From the NCBI GenBank assembly GCA_963815115.1, contig CAWFFN010000009.1, forward strand, positions 896,001 through 960,000: DNA of 64,000 nt, in the 5' to 3' direction. Position 1 is the first letter of the stretch; the number at the start of each line of letters is the position of its first letter. Positions 41,244 to 50,785 of the stretch are shown here, in pieces. A program made the position numbers and the translations under genes. The notes beneath the pieces are model-generated. The model worked only from the letters and a program-made list of their open reading frames with translations, had not been told where the DNA came from and ran no database searches. This stretch comes from an uncultured delta proteobacterium. GTDB lineage: Bacteria; Desulfobacterota; Binatia; DP-6.

Positions 41244-41258
41244 GGACAAGGGGGATCG

Positions 41259-42914
41259 ATGGACAGAGGACGGTTGTGCGTCGCACTCGCGATGGCGGCG
41301 CTGGTGGTCGGGAACGGTACGGCGGTGGCCGAGAGCCTCGAGCAGCGCGTCGAGCGCATGGAGAAGGAGCTGCAGGAGCTCAAGTCGGAGCTCCGGCGGC
41401 GCGATGCGGCCGATCGCCGGCGGGCGGCCGAGGAGTCGAAGCGCAGGCCCGCCGAGACGGTGGCGGCACCGCCGCCGCCGCCGTCGAAGCCGGGCGCCGT
41501 CGCGGCCGCCCCCGCGCCCGAGCCCGGCACCGAGGCGGCGCGCACGGCCAAGGCGGGCGAGAGCGAGAAGGGCGGCTACCTGCCGAGCTCGCTCCGCGCC
41601 ATCACCGACCGGGTGAAGGTCGGCGGCTACGGCTCGATCCGCTTCGAGGCCAACAGCAACCCGGCCGACAACAACACCTTCACCTACCGCCGCTTCGTGC
41701 TGACCACCGATGCCAACATCGCCCCCCGGCTGCACGCGTACATGGAGCTCGAGCTGGAGCGCTTCCGCGAATTGGAAATCGAGAAGACCCTGCAGCCGAG
41801 CGATGGCGGCCTCGCCGCGACCCAGGCCGTCGAAGCCACCAACGGCTCGGAGATCTCGCTCGAGCAGGCGTGGCTGCAGTACGACGTCCAGGACTGGCTC
41901 AAGTTCCGGGGCGGCGCGGTGCTGGTCCCGGTCGGCCGCTTCAACCTGCACCACGACGACGACCTCTGGGATCTGCCGCGCCGCTCGCTGGTGGATCGCG
42001 GGGTGCCCGTGCTGCCCGTTCCCGCCGCCTGGGACGAGCTGGGCATGGGCTTCCTCGGCGACGTGCCGCTCGGCGACGACATGACGCTCAACTACCAGAC
42101 CTACGTCGTCAACGGCGTGACCCTCGACTACGAGTTCGAGCAGATCGCCCAGACCCGCTTCCCGGACACGCCGCTGCAGGCGATCGAAGTCGAGGTGCAG
42201 CCGTTCACCGGCACCTTCTCGAACGACGTCAAGAACGCGAAGTCCTTCACCGGGCGACTCGCGCTGAGCCCCGCGCTGGGCCACGAGGTGGGCGCCTCCT
42301 GGTACTACGGCCGCTACACGCCGAGCTTCCTGCCCAGCGAGAGCCTGTATTCTCTCGCCGGCGACTGGAAGAGCATCTTCGGGCACTTCGAGGTCGAGGG
42401 CGAGTACGTCTTCACGCACTTCGGCGGCGTCAAGAACGTCGCCACCGGTCTGGCGCGGGTCGCGCGCGAGCAGGAGTCGGAGTTCGAGAACCCGACGCTC
42501 GAGAGCGAGGTCGAGTTCGAGCTCGCCAACATCGCGACGAGCAAGCAGGGATACTGGCTCGACTTCCGCTATCGCTTCTGGCCCGACTTCCTCACCAAGA
42601 GCTTCCTCGGCTGGGAGTTCGAGAACCCGCAGCTCGTCGCCGTGCTGCGCGGCGAGCAGGTGTGGCTGAACGGCTTGGTGGAGGAAGCGGCGTTCGGCGG
42701 GGGCCGGCTCGTCTCGTTCGAGACCGACGACCGGCGGGTCGACCGCATCACCGTCGGCCTGTCGTATCGTCCGGTGCCGCTCGTCGTCTTCCAGCTCGCC
42801 TACGAGTACACGCTCACCAACAGCGGCAAGAGTCTGTCCAGCGTCACGAACTTCATCCCGGGCAACGTCGATCATCAGAGCGCATTCCTGTTCGGCGCCG
42901 CCTTCGGATTCTGA
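41259..42914 (+). CDS. outer-membrane porin with N-terminal coiled coil
   Basis: Signal peptide, LEQRVERMEKELQELK coiled coil, GGYG, RFVL, ELELE, LEQAWL, VPVGRFNL.H, C-terminal Phe (AAFGF). Confidence 0.8.
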   Translation: MDRGRLCVALAMAALVVGNGTAVAESLEQRVERMEKELQELKSELRRRDAADRRRAAEESKRRPAETVAAPPPPPSKPGAVAAAPAPEPGTEAARTAKAGESEKGGYLPSSLRAITDRVKVGGYGSIRFEANSNPADNNTFTYRRFVLTTDANIAPRLHAYMELELERFRELEIEKTLQPSDGGLAATQAVEATNGSEISLEQAWLQYDVQDWLKFRGGAVLVPVGRFNLHHDDDLWDLPRRSLVDRGVPVLPVPAAWDELGMGFLGDVPLGDDMTLNYQTYVVNGVTLDYEFEQIAQTRFPDTPLQAIEVEVQPFTGTFSNDVKNAKSFTGRLALSPALGHEVGASWYYGRYTPSFLPSESLYSLAGDWKSIFGHFEVEGEYVFTHFGGVKNVATGLARVAREQESEFENPTLESEVEFELANIATSKQGYWLDFRYRFWPDFLTKSFLGWEFENPQLVAVLRGEQVWLNGLVEEAAFGGGRLVSFETDDRRVDRITVGLSYRPVPLVVFQLAYEYTLTNSGKSLSSVTNFIPGNVDHQSAFLFGAAFGF

Positions 42915-42925
42915 GGAGATGTGAA

Positions 42926-44548
42926 ATGTCGACGATCAAGCTCCTGCTCCTGCTGCTCGTGCTCCTCGGCCCCGCCGTCGCGCGGGCCGACGACGACGAG
43001 GGCGGCGGAGAGGAGGCCGATCCCCCCGAGGTGGTGATCGGCGAGCGGCTCTTCCTGGAGACACGCTTCGCCCAGTTCTTCCAGGCCCACGCCGGCGGCA
43101 ACATGAACGCGGTGCTCGCGCAGGGCGATCCGGTGATGAACACGCTCGATACGACGGCGGGGCCGATCGCCGCTCCGTTCCCGGGCGCCGGCATGAACTG
43201 CCGGCAGTGTCACCTGGTCGACGACGCCAAGGAGACGCCCGGGGGCGGCAATCGCAGCTATGCCGACTTCGCGCGCCACAGCCCCATCCCGGCACGCGAG
43301 GACGGCCGCACGATGACGCCGCGCAACTCCCCGCCGCTGGTCAACGCCAGCCTCGCGCGCGGGCGACCGTTCTTCCTGCACTTCGACGGCGAGTTCCCCT
43401 CCACCGCCGCCCTCGTCGAGGGCACCCTCACCGGACGCAACTTCGGCTGGCTGCCGAACGAGCGCGGGCAGGCCGTGGCGCACATCGCCGCCGTGATCCG
43501 GGGCGACGACGGCACGGGTCAGCTGGCGGCCGACAACGGCGGCGCGTACCGCCGCGTGCTCGGTGGCAGCGACCCGTCCATCCCGAAGGAGCTCCGGCTG
43601 CCGAAGCGGTTTCGCATCGACGTCGATCGCGCGAGCGACGATCAGATCCTGCGCGCGGTGGCGCGCCTGATCTCCGCCTACGTCGAGTCGCTCGAGTTCG
43701 AGAACGCGTCACCCTACGACCGCTTCCTCGAGAAGAACGGCCTGCCGACCGAGCCGCGCGAGTTCGAGTCGACGGCCGACTACCTGAAGCGGCTCAAATT
43801 CCTGATGGGCGAGCACGGGGACCCCGAGCCGATCACCGATGCGGACGGCGCCTTCCAGCTGCACGAGCAGCAGTTCGTCTTCGGCGCGGACGAGCTCGAG
43901 GGCCTGCGCATCTTCCTGGACCGCGGGCGTGGCAACTGCGTCTCCTGCCATCCGCCGCCGGACTTCACCGACTTCAGCTTCCACAACACGGGCGTGGCGC
44001 AGGAGGAGTACGACGCGCTGCACGGCGCAGGCAGCTTCGCGGCCCTCGCCATTCCCGACCCGGCGATCCGCAAGGCCGATCCCGATGCCTTCCTGCCGGC
44101 GACGGCCCTTCATCCCGCCGCGCTGGAGCCCTTCCGGGCGATCCCGGCGGCGGATGCGCCGGGACGCACCGACCTGGGCATGTGGAATCTGCTGGAGAAC
44201 CCGGACTATTCCGGCCGCACGTACCAGCGTCACCTCGAGCGCATGGTGTGCGCGTCGCAGGGGTCGCCGGCGAGCTGCCGCCGGGCGCCGGACGCGCTCC
44301 TCGCCGCCTCGATCGCCCTCTTCAAGACGCCCGGGCTACGCGACCTCGGGCACTCCGGACCGTATCTGCACAACGGCTCGAAGGACGCCCTCGAGGACGT
44401 CGTGCGGTTCTACGCCAACGCGTCGGCCCTGGCTCGGGCAGGCCAGCTGCGCAACGGCGCGCGTGAGCTGCGGGACATGCACATCGGCGACGGTGACGTC
44501 GTCCCCCTGGCGGCGTTCCTGCGGGCCCTCAACGAGGACTACGAGTAG
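42926..44548 (+). CDS. di-heme cytochrome c peroxidase/MauG superfamily protein
   Basis: Signal peptide, GERLF.E, CRQCH, RNSP, GL.IF...GNCVSCH, FKTPGLRDL..SGPYLHNG. Confidence 0.85.
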   Translation: MSTIKLLLLLLVLLGPAVARADDDEGGGEEADPPEVVIGERLFLETRFAQFFQAHAGGNMNAVLAQGDPVMNTLDTTAGPIAAPFPGAGMNCRQCHLVDDAKETPGGGNRSYADFARHSPIPAREDGRTMTPRNSPPLVNASLARGRPFFLHFDGEFPSTAALVEGTLTGRNFGWLPNERGQAVAHIAAVIRGDDGTGQLAADNGGAYRRVLGGSDPSIPKELRLPKRFRIDVDRASDDQILRAVARLISAYVESLEFENASPYDRFLEKNGLPTEPREFESTADYLKRLKFLMGEHGDPEPITDADGAFQLHEQQFVFGADELEGLRIFLDRGRGNCVSCHPPPDFTDFSFHNTGVAQEEYDALHGAGSFAALAIPDPAIRKADPDAFLPATALHPAALEPFRAIPAADAPGRTDLGMWNLLENPDYSGRTYQRHLERMVCASQGSPASCRRAPDALLAASIALFKTPGLRDLGHSGPYLHNGSKDALEDVVRFYANASALARAGQLRNGARELRDMHIGDGDVVPLAAFLRALNEDYE

Positions 44549-46484
44549 GAAGGGGCACGCGTAGCGGGTTCGGCCCGGGGGGCCAGAGGCCGTGCTCGAC
44601 GGCCTCGGCCCCGCGGAAGACCACGAAGCTCTCGCCGCCGTAGTGGGGCAGCGGTCTGGCGATGGCGCGGAGGGCGTCGGCGCCGTCCGCCGCCACGACG
44701 GCGATCGGCGCCCGGTCGCGTCGTCGAGCCGCCCAGACGCGTGCCGTGCCCTTGCCGGCCAGCGCCGGCGGCGGCCCGTCGAGCTGCGCGCGGGCCAGCT
44801 GCGCCGCGACGTCGTCCGTGGTGCCGACCACCAGGACGGCCCCCGGCGGGAGCGCGCCGCCGGGGGCCTCGGCGACCGTCGGCGGGCGCTCGAAGAACCG
44901 CGCCGCCAGCTCGCGCGCCGCGGTCCGGGTCGCCTGGTCGGATCCCGCGAGCACCGTCTCCGCCGTCGGGTCGAAGGCGACCTCGCGCAGGATGGGCGGG
45001 ATCTCGGCGGGAGCGAGACGCCGGAAGAGGCGGAGGTCGGGGTCGACGGCGAGCGCCCGGGGCTCGGCCGTGACGTCGACGGCGAACGTCCGCGTGGTCT
45101 CGGCGAGGTACAGCGTCCTGCCCACCGGTCCGGCCGCGGTCTCGACGGTCACCGGGACGCCCAGCACGTACGGCGGCTCGTCCTGCGTGAGCGCGAACGA
45201 GACGCGAGCGGGCTCGGAGGCGACGTCGCCGAGCCCCAGGCGCGGCGCCCCGGGCCGGCGCAGCCACTGGGTGAAGAACGGCGTCAGCGAGCGGCTGGCG
45301 GCGGAGGCGAATGCGGCTTCGAGATCGTTCCAGGTCGCGGCCTCGAAGCGATGCGCCTGCCAGAAGCGCCGCACGCCGGTCGCGAACGCCTCCGGCCCGA
45401 TCTGGTCGCGCAGCATCTCGAAGACGAACGCCGCCTTGTGATAGCCGGTGGCCTGCGACGCGGTGTGCATGCGTCCCCGGAAGCTGTCGAGGGGGCGATC
45501 CTCGGCCGCCGGCAGGACCGCGAACTCGCGCAGCCAGGCGAGACGCTGGTCGCGCGCGGCCTCCTCGCCACGGCGCTCCGTGAACGTGTAGTCGGCCATG
45601 AAGGTGGTGAGGCCCTCCGCCCAGTTGCCGTCGCGACCGTCGACGCGCACCCCCTCGCCCCACCACGAGTGCAGCACCTCGTGTCCCAGCGAGGTGGCGG
45701 GGATGAAGGGCAGCCGCAGCACCCGCGCGCCCATGTAGGTCATGCCCGGAAACGCGAGCCCGACCGGAAGCGGGCTCGAGACGATCGAGAAGCCGGGGTA
45801 CGGATAGCCGCCGATCCAGCCGTCGTAGAGATCGAGGTAGTCCGCGGTGCGCTCGAGATAGGTGTCGGCGAGATCGGCGGCAGCGGCGTCGAAGTAGGTG
45901 CGAAGGCGCCAGCCGCGATGGATGCGCTCCGAGACGCGGTACGGCCCGGCGAAGAGCGGCAGGTCCGCCACCGGCGCGATCGACGCGAAGCTCGCCCGGT
46001 AGCGCCCTCCGTCGGTGGTCTCCGAGGTCAGGCGACCCGGAGTGAGGGCGCGCTGCGGATCCGGGACGTCGATCGTGACCTCGTAGGTGAAGAGGCCGCC
46101 GAAGGTCGGGAACCAGCCGTCGGGCAGGTACGATCCGTCCGTCCCGGCGACGGGACCGGTGACGTCGGCCGCCTCGGGAGGCGAGGCCACGTGCCCCCGG
46201 TACTCGACCACCACGTCGTGCCGGGCGTCCTGGTCGAGGGCGATCCGTCCGCCGCGCATCCCGACCTGGGCCGGCTTGCCGTCGACGACGAGTCGAACGA
46301 TCGCGAACCCGGGCGCCAGCTTGAAGGCGGCCGGCCCGCGGCCGCGAAGCGCGATACGGTCGGTACCCTGGAGCGCGCGCTGTGCCGGCTCGAACCGCAG
46401 CTCGAGCACGTGATGCACCGGAGCGTCGGCGGCGAGGGCCCGCGCCGCGAGCGCGAGCGCCAGGAGAGCGCCGGCGCGGGTCAC
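44529..46484 (-). CDS. exported M1-like metallopeptidase
   Basis: HEVLHSWWG...GNWAEGLTTFMADY, GYHKAAFVF. Confidence 0.85.
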   Translation of the reverse strand: MTRAGALLALALAARALAADAPVHHVLELRFEPAQRALQGTDRIALRGRGPAAFKLAPGFAIVRLVVDGKPAQVGMRGGRIALDQDARHDVVVEYRGHVASPPEAADVTGPVAGTDGSYLPDGWFPTFGGLFTYEVTIDVPDPQRALTPGRLTSETTDGGRYRASFASIAPVADLPLFAGPYRVSERIHRGWRLRTYFDAAAADLADTYLERTADYLDLYDGWIGGYPYPGFSIVSSPLPVGLAFPGMTYMGARVLRLPFIPATSLGHEVLHSWWGEGVRVDGRDGNWAEGLTTFMADYTFTERRGEEAARDQRLAWLREFAVLPAAEDRPLDSFRGRMHTASQATGYHKAAFVFEMLRDQIGPEAFATGVRRFWQAHRFEAATWNDLEAAFASAASRSLTPFFTQWLRRPGAPRLGLGDVASEPARVSFALTQDEPPYVLGVPVTVETAAGPVGRTLYLAETTRTFAVDVTAEPRALAVDPDLRLFRRLAPAEIPPILREVAFDPTAETVLAGSDQATRTAARELAARFFERPPTVAEAPGGALPPGAVLVVGTTDDVAAQLARAQLDGPPPALAGKGTARVWAARRRDRAPIAVVAADGADALRAIARPLPHYGGESFVVFRGAEAVEHGLWPPGPNPLRVPLPTRSPR

Positions 46485-47653
46485 CGTGGCCGCTCGAAGC
46501 GCGCGATCACCCGCCGGTCGCCGCCGCCGCGCCGGACGACGAGCGGGAGCCAGGTGCCGGGCGGCTGGACGTCGACCATGGCGCGCAGGTCCTCGGGGCT
46601 CGTCACCGCCGCGCCCGCGGCCTCGACGATCACGTCCCCGCGCCGGAGGCCGGCCGTGGCAGCGACGCTGCCCGGCGTCACCTCGGTGATCCGCACGCCG
46701 CGCTTCGCCGGCGCGAGCGCGACGCCGAGCCGGGGCCGCGATTCGGGCTTCTCGGCGCTCGGCGCGATGCCGAACACCGCGTCGGCGAGGTCGGGAGCGA
46801 GCGCGCCGCAATCGCGCGTGGTGTCCCAGGGCAGGAGGACGGTCACGTCGCGGGCCCCGAGCGCGGCGAGCTGGTGAGGCACGCCGTGACCGTGCTCGAG
46901 ATGCCCGCTCCCCATGATGCCGATCACGACGGAGCCAGGGTGCGCGCGGGCCGCCGTCACGAGGCCTTCCGCGAGGGCGCGGTCCCAGGTGAGCTGGGCC
47001 TCGACGAACCGCTTCCGGCTCGCCTCGTCGCTGCCCTGCTTGCCGGCGTGCGCGGCCAGGGCGTCGGAGAGCGTGGCCTCGTAGGCGGGGCTCGCGGGCG
47101 CGGGGTCGGATATCCCCTCGCGCTCGGCGGGGGGCACGGCGGCCCAGCCCTCACGTCCCACCCGTGTCACCAGTGCCCGATCCACGTTGAGCGCCCGCAC
47201 GGGCACGCGGTTCAGCCGGGCGAACTGGAGGAGCGGCAGGTAGAGCCCGGGAGGAAACCCCCACACGCGCTGCCAGTCGGTGTCGCGCAGCAGGGATCGC
47301 TCGTCGAGCTCACCGGCAACCCAGCGGTCGAGCACGGGCTGGGCGCGGCGCGGGAACATCTCGAAGCCCAGCACGACCGCCGGATGCTCGGCGGCGATGG
47401 CCGCCACGGTCTGCAGCTGCCAGCGGTGGTCATCGGGTCGATCGTGGTACTCGCCGAGGAGCACGATGCGCGAGCGCGCGGCGCGGGCGATGACCGCGGG
47501 CGCCGGCTGCTCGGCGCCGGAGGCGGGGAGCACCCACCGTCCGGGTGGCACGCAGGCCCCCGTCAGGGCACCCGCGCGGCCGGGCTTCGGAGCACGGCCG
47601 CACCCCGCGGCGAGCAGGGCGAGCACCACGACGGCGCACGAGACCCGAGGCAC
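46481..47653 (-). CDS. ChaN family lipoprotein with C-terminal PDZ domain
   Basis: Lipobox LAAGC, VLLGEYHD...H, GFEMF...Q..LD, AQ..WD..LA, MGSGH..G.GVP; PDZ RLGV...V.PGS.A..AGLR.GD. Confidence 0.85.
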   Translation of the reverse strand: MPRVSCAVVVLALLAAGCGRAPKPGRAGALTGACVPPGRWVLPASGAEQPAPAVIARAARSRIVLLGEYHDRPDDHRWQLQTVAAIAAEHPAVVLGFEMFPRRAQPVLDRWVAGELDERSLLRDTDWQRVWGFPPGLYLPLLQFARLNRVPVRALNVDRALVTRVGREGWAAVPPAEREGISDPAPASPAYEATLSDALAAHAGKQGSDEASRKRFVEAQLTWDRALAEGLVTAARAHPGSVVIGIMGSGHLEHGHGVPHQLAALGARDVTVLLPWDTTRDCGALAPDLADAVFGIAPSAEKPESRPRLGVALAPAKRGVRITEVTPGSVAATAGLRRGDVIVEAAGAAVTSPEDLRAMVDVQPPGTWLPLVVRRGGGDRRVIARFERPR

Positions 47654-47704
47654 GCCCCGGAGGATTGCCGCTCGCGCCGCCGGATGCCAGCGCCGCGCGA
47701 CGGC

Positions 47705-48301
47705 TCAGGGCGTCGGTCCGCCCTGGCCCTTCACCTTGAACTTCGACCCGAAGAGCCCGGCGATGTAGGGCTTGAGCCCCGCCGGCACGGAGAGCTGGTC
47801 CATCACGTCGTCCGCGCTCTTGCAGCCGTACGACCACTTGAACGCCGCGCCGCTGCTCTTGGCCGATGCGTCGCCCTTGCATCCCGTCACGACCCCGTAA
47901 CGCTCGAACGGGCTGGTGAAGGTGTAGGGAGCGGGCGGCACCGCGAGCGTGATGCTGAAGAAGAGCTGGTCCTTCTGGGAGAGCGAGAATCCCGTGTCGG
48001 AACGGCTCACCTTGTCGGGCTCGTAGATCCGGAACCCGATGTTGTCCACGCCGGGAAACTCGTGGACGACGCTGAACGACTCGCGTCGTGCGGCCATGGC
48101 CGAGCTCAGCGGAGGCACCTCGTCGAGGACCACGAAGACGTAGTCGTGCGCGGCATTGGAGGAGGGACCGGGGACCAGGAACGACTCGAAGGGAATGTCG
48201 AGGAGGTCGCTGCGATCCTGCGCCCTCGCCACTCCGGACATCAGCAGCAGTCCCCCGACCACGGCCGCAACGAATCCGGTCAGCACGGCTGTCCGTCGCA
48301 T
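47705..48301 (-). CDS. hypothetical secreted protein
   Basis: GAGGAGG RBS, signal peptide ending VARA, two Cys. Confidence 0.7.
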   Translation of the reverse strand: MRRTAVLTGFVAAVVGGLLLMSGVARAQDRSDLLDIPFESFLVPGPSSNAAHDYVFVVLDEVPPLSSAMAARRESFSVVHEFPGVDNIGFRIYEPDKVSRSDTGFSLSQKDQLFFSITLAVPPAPYTFTSPFERYGVVTGCKGDASAKSSGAAFKWSYGCKSADDVMDQLSVPAGLKPYIAGLFGSKFKVKGQGGPTP

Positions 48302-48392
48302 GAGCGTGCCCTCCTCTCGCGGGGCGATACCCCAAGCGCTCGACCAAGGTCAAGTGAAAAACGGCAACAGAGCTGGGAACCTTGTTGGCTCT

Positions 48393-50785
48393 CTACTCGT
48401 TGCCGATTGGAGCGGCAGCGGCCTGGTCGGCCTGAGCCGCTCCGCGTGGATCTCCTCGCCGGGCGTAGAGCCGCGCCAGGTGGAAGTGGGCCTTGCGATA
48501 GTCCGGTCGGAGCTCGAGGGCGCGCAGGAGATGGGCCTCGGCCTCGCCCTCGCGGCCGTCGTCCAGCTCGACGAGGGCCAGGTTCAGGTATGCCTCCGGC
48601 AGCGAGGCGTCGAGGACCAGCGCCGCCCGGTAGTCCGCCTCCGCCTCCGCCGTCCGCCGGAGCGCCGCCTCCGTCACGCCGCGATCGACGAGGAGGCCGG
48701 GATCGCGTGGCGCCGCGTCGACGAGCGTGTCGTACTCCCGCAGCGCGTTCGCCTGGCGCCCGATGCTGCCGTACAGCTCGGCCAGCCGACGGCGGTAGGC
48801 CTGGGTCACGCGCCGCTCGGCGACGACGGACTCGTACAGCGTGACGGCGCGCTCGAGGTTGCCGTGCTCGGCGGCGATCTCCGCCAGGACCACCCGGTGC
48901 TCGACCGGCGGGTCGGCGACGGCCTCGAGCATCCGCACTGCCTGCGGGGCCCGCCGATCCCGGCGCAGCAGCTCGGCGAGCACGGCCCGGCTCTGCACCA
49001 GGCGTCGTCCCGGCGGAGCGCCGCGCGCGCGTTCCTCGAGCGCCGGGATCGCCGCCCCGGGTCCGTGCTCGCCTGCGTCGGCGAGCGCCGTCAGCGCCAG
49101 CGCCCCGTCGTGGTACGGGTCGGCCGCGAGCACCGGCGCGAGCGTCGTGCGTGCGTCCGCGAATCGCCGCAGCTCGATCAGGGCACGGGCGCGCACCAGG
49201 CGTGCCCGCGGAGGGGGGGCGTCACGCCGTCGATGGCGCGCAGTGCCTCCGCGCTCCGTCCCGCCGCGAGGAGGGACTCGCCCAGCAGGATGCGCGGCTC
49301 GAGGCCGTCGGTGATCTCGACGAGCTGCCCCGCGGCGCGCACGGCGTCCGACGGCCGGCCCGCCAGCTGGTCGACGCTCGCCAGCGTCATGAGCGCGAGC
49401 GGGCGAAGCGGGGGGAGGGTGGCGAGCGCCTCGAGCGCCTGGATGCTGGCGCCGACCCGCCCTTCCACCGCCGCTTCGCGCGCGGCGTCCACCAGCTCGA
49501 TGCCGGCCACGAAGCGCCGGGGATCGGGAGCCGCCACCGTCTCCTCGGGTCGTCGGGCGAGGTCGATGTAGCCGAGTGCGGCGAGCTGCTCCTCGATGCC
49601 CGGACCCGGCGCCGGCGCCGGCGCGGGAGGCGGCCGCGTCGCGGCCCACCGCGCCGCCAGCTCCGCGGACACCGCGGGCTCGGCGTCGGCACGATTCGTC
49701 GTCTCCGCGGGATCGGCGACCGTGTCGTACAGCTCCGCAGGCGGCGGCTCGGCGGTGTACTTCCATCGCGTGGTCCGGACGCCCCCGAGCCGTGCCCAGC
49801 CCATGCGGTAGACCGGGCCGAAGCACTCGAAGTAGCCGAGCGTGTCGTCGTCCGCGGATGCCGTCAGGCGACGCTGGAGGGGAACGCCCCGCGATCCCGC
49901 GAGCGGCGGCGCCCCGGTGGCGGCAAGCACGGTCGGGGCCACGTCGATCGTGCGTACGAGGGCGTCCGACCGGGTCCCGGCCGGCAGCCCGGGCCCCGCG
50001 ACGATGAGCGGCACGTGGAGCGTCGAGTCGTAGGCCAGCACGCCGTGCGTGCCCTCGTCGTGCTCCCCGAGGCCCTCCCCGTGATCGCCCACGACCACGA
50101 CCAGCGTCTGGCGGCCGCCGGCTGCGCGCTCGACCCCCGCGAGCAGCCTTCCCACCTCCGCGTCGACCGTCGCCAGTGCGCCGGCGTACGGATCGTCGAG
50201 ACCGTCGAAGGGCCGAGCAGGGCGGCGCGGCTGGTGCACGTCGTAGTAGTGGACCCAGACGAAGAACGGCCGGCTCCGGGGCTGGTCGAGCCAGGCGAGC
50301 GCACGATCGGTCACCGCGCCACCGCTCCGCCGCGGGACCTCGAAACGCAGGGGTTCGCGCGTCGTCTCGACCTCGTCGTCGTAGCGCGCGAAGCCGCGGG
50401 CGAGGCCGAAGCTGTGGTCGAGCACGAAGGCGGCGACGAAGGCTGCGGTGTCGTAGCCGCGAGCAGCCAGGCGTTCCGCGACGGTCGGGATGGCGTCCGC
50501 GAGGACGTAGCGGCCGTTGTCGTGGATGCCGTGCTGGTTGGGGTCGAGCCCGGTCATGATCGTGGCGTGGGACGGCAGGGTGAGCGGCGCGCTGGCGAAG
50601 GCGCGCGTGAAGAGCGCGCCGCGTGCCGCCAGGCCGTCGAGGACCGGGGTGTGGGCCGCCGCATCGCCCATCGCGCCGATCCGGTCGGCCCGCGTCGTGT
50701 CGAGCGTGACGAGCACGACGTCCGGCAGCTGCGGCCGGCCGCAGGCGACGAGGACGATCGCCAGCACGCAGAGCGCGAGCCTCAC
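48393..50785 (-). pseudogene. sulfatase-like hydrolase with TPR repeats, frameshifted at a C7 tract (coding strand)
   Basis: The sulfatase frame (LVTLDTTRAD, TLPSH, GDHGE) ends at 49178. TPR sequence continues in another frame (ARLVRARALIEL...AHFHLARLY). The switch is at G7, 49213-49219. Confidence 0.75.

Noticed and set aside
41276-42925. N-terminal half of the 1090-aa ORF containing the di-heme protein
   Set aside because: Alternative frame of the porin gene; the true start with RBS and signal peptide is at 42926
48330-48360. TTGAC-CTTG-GTCGA FNR/CRP-like site on the minus strand
   Set aside because: Imperfect, may simply be the -35 element, and has no supporting context
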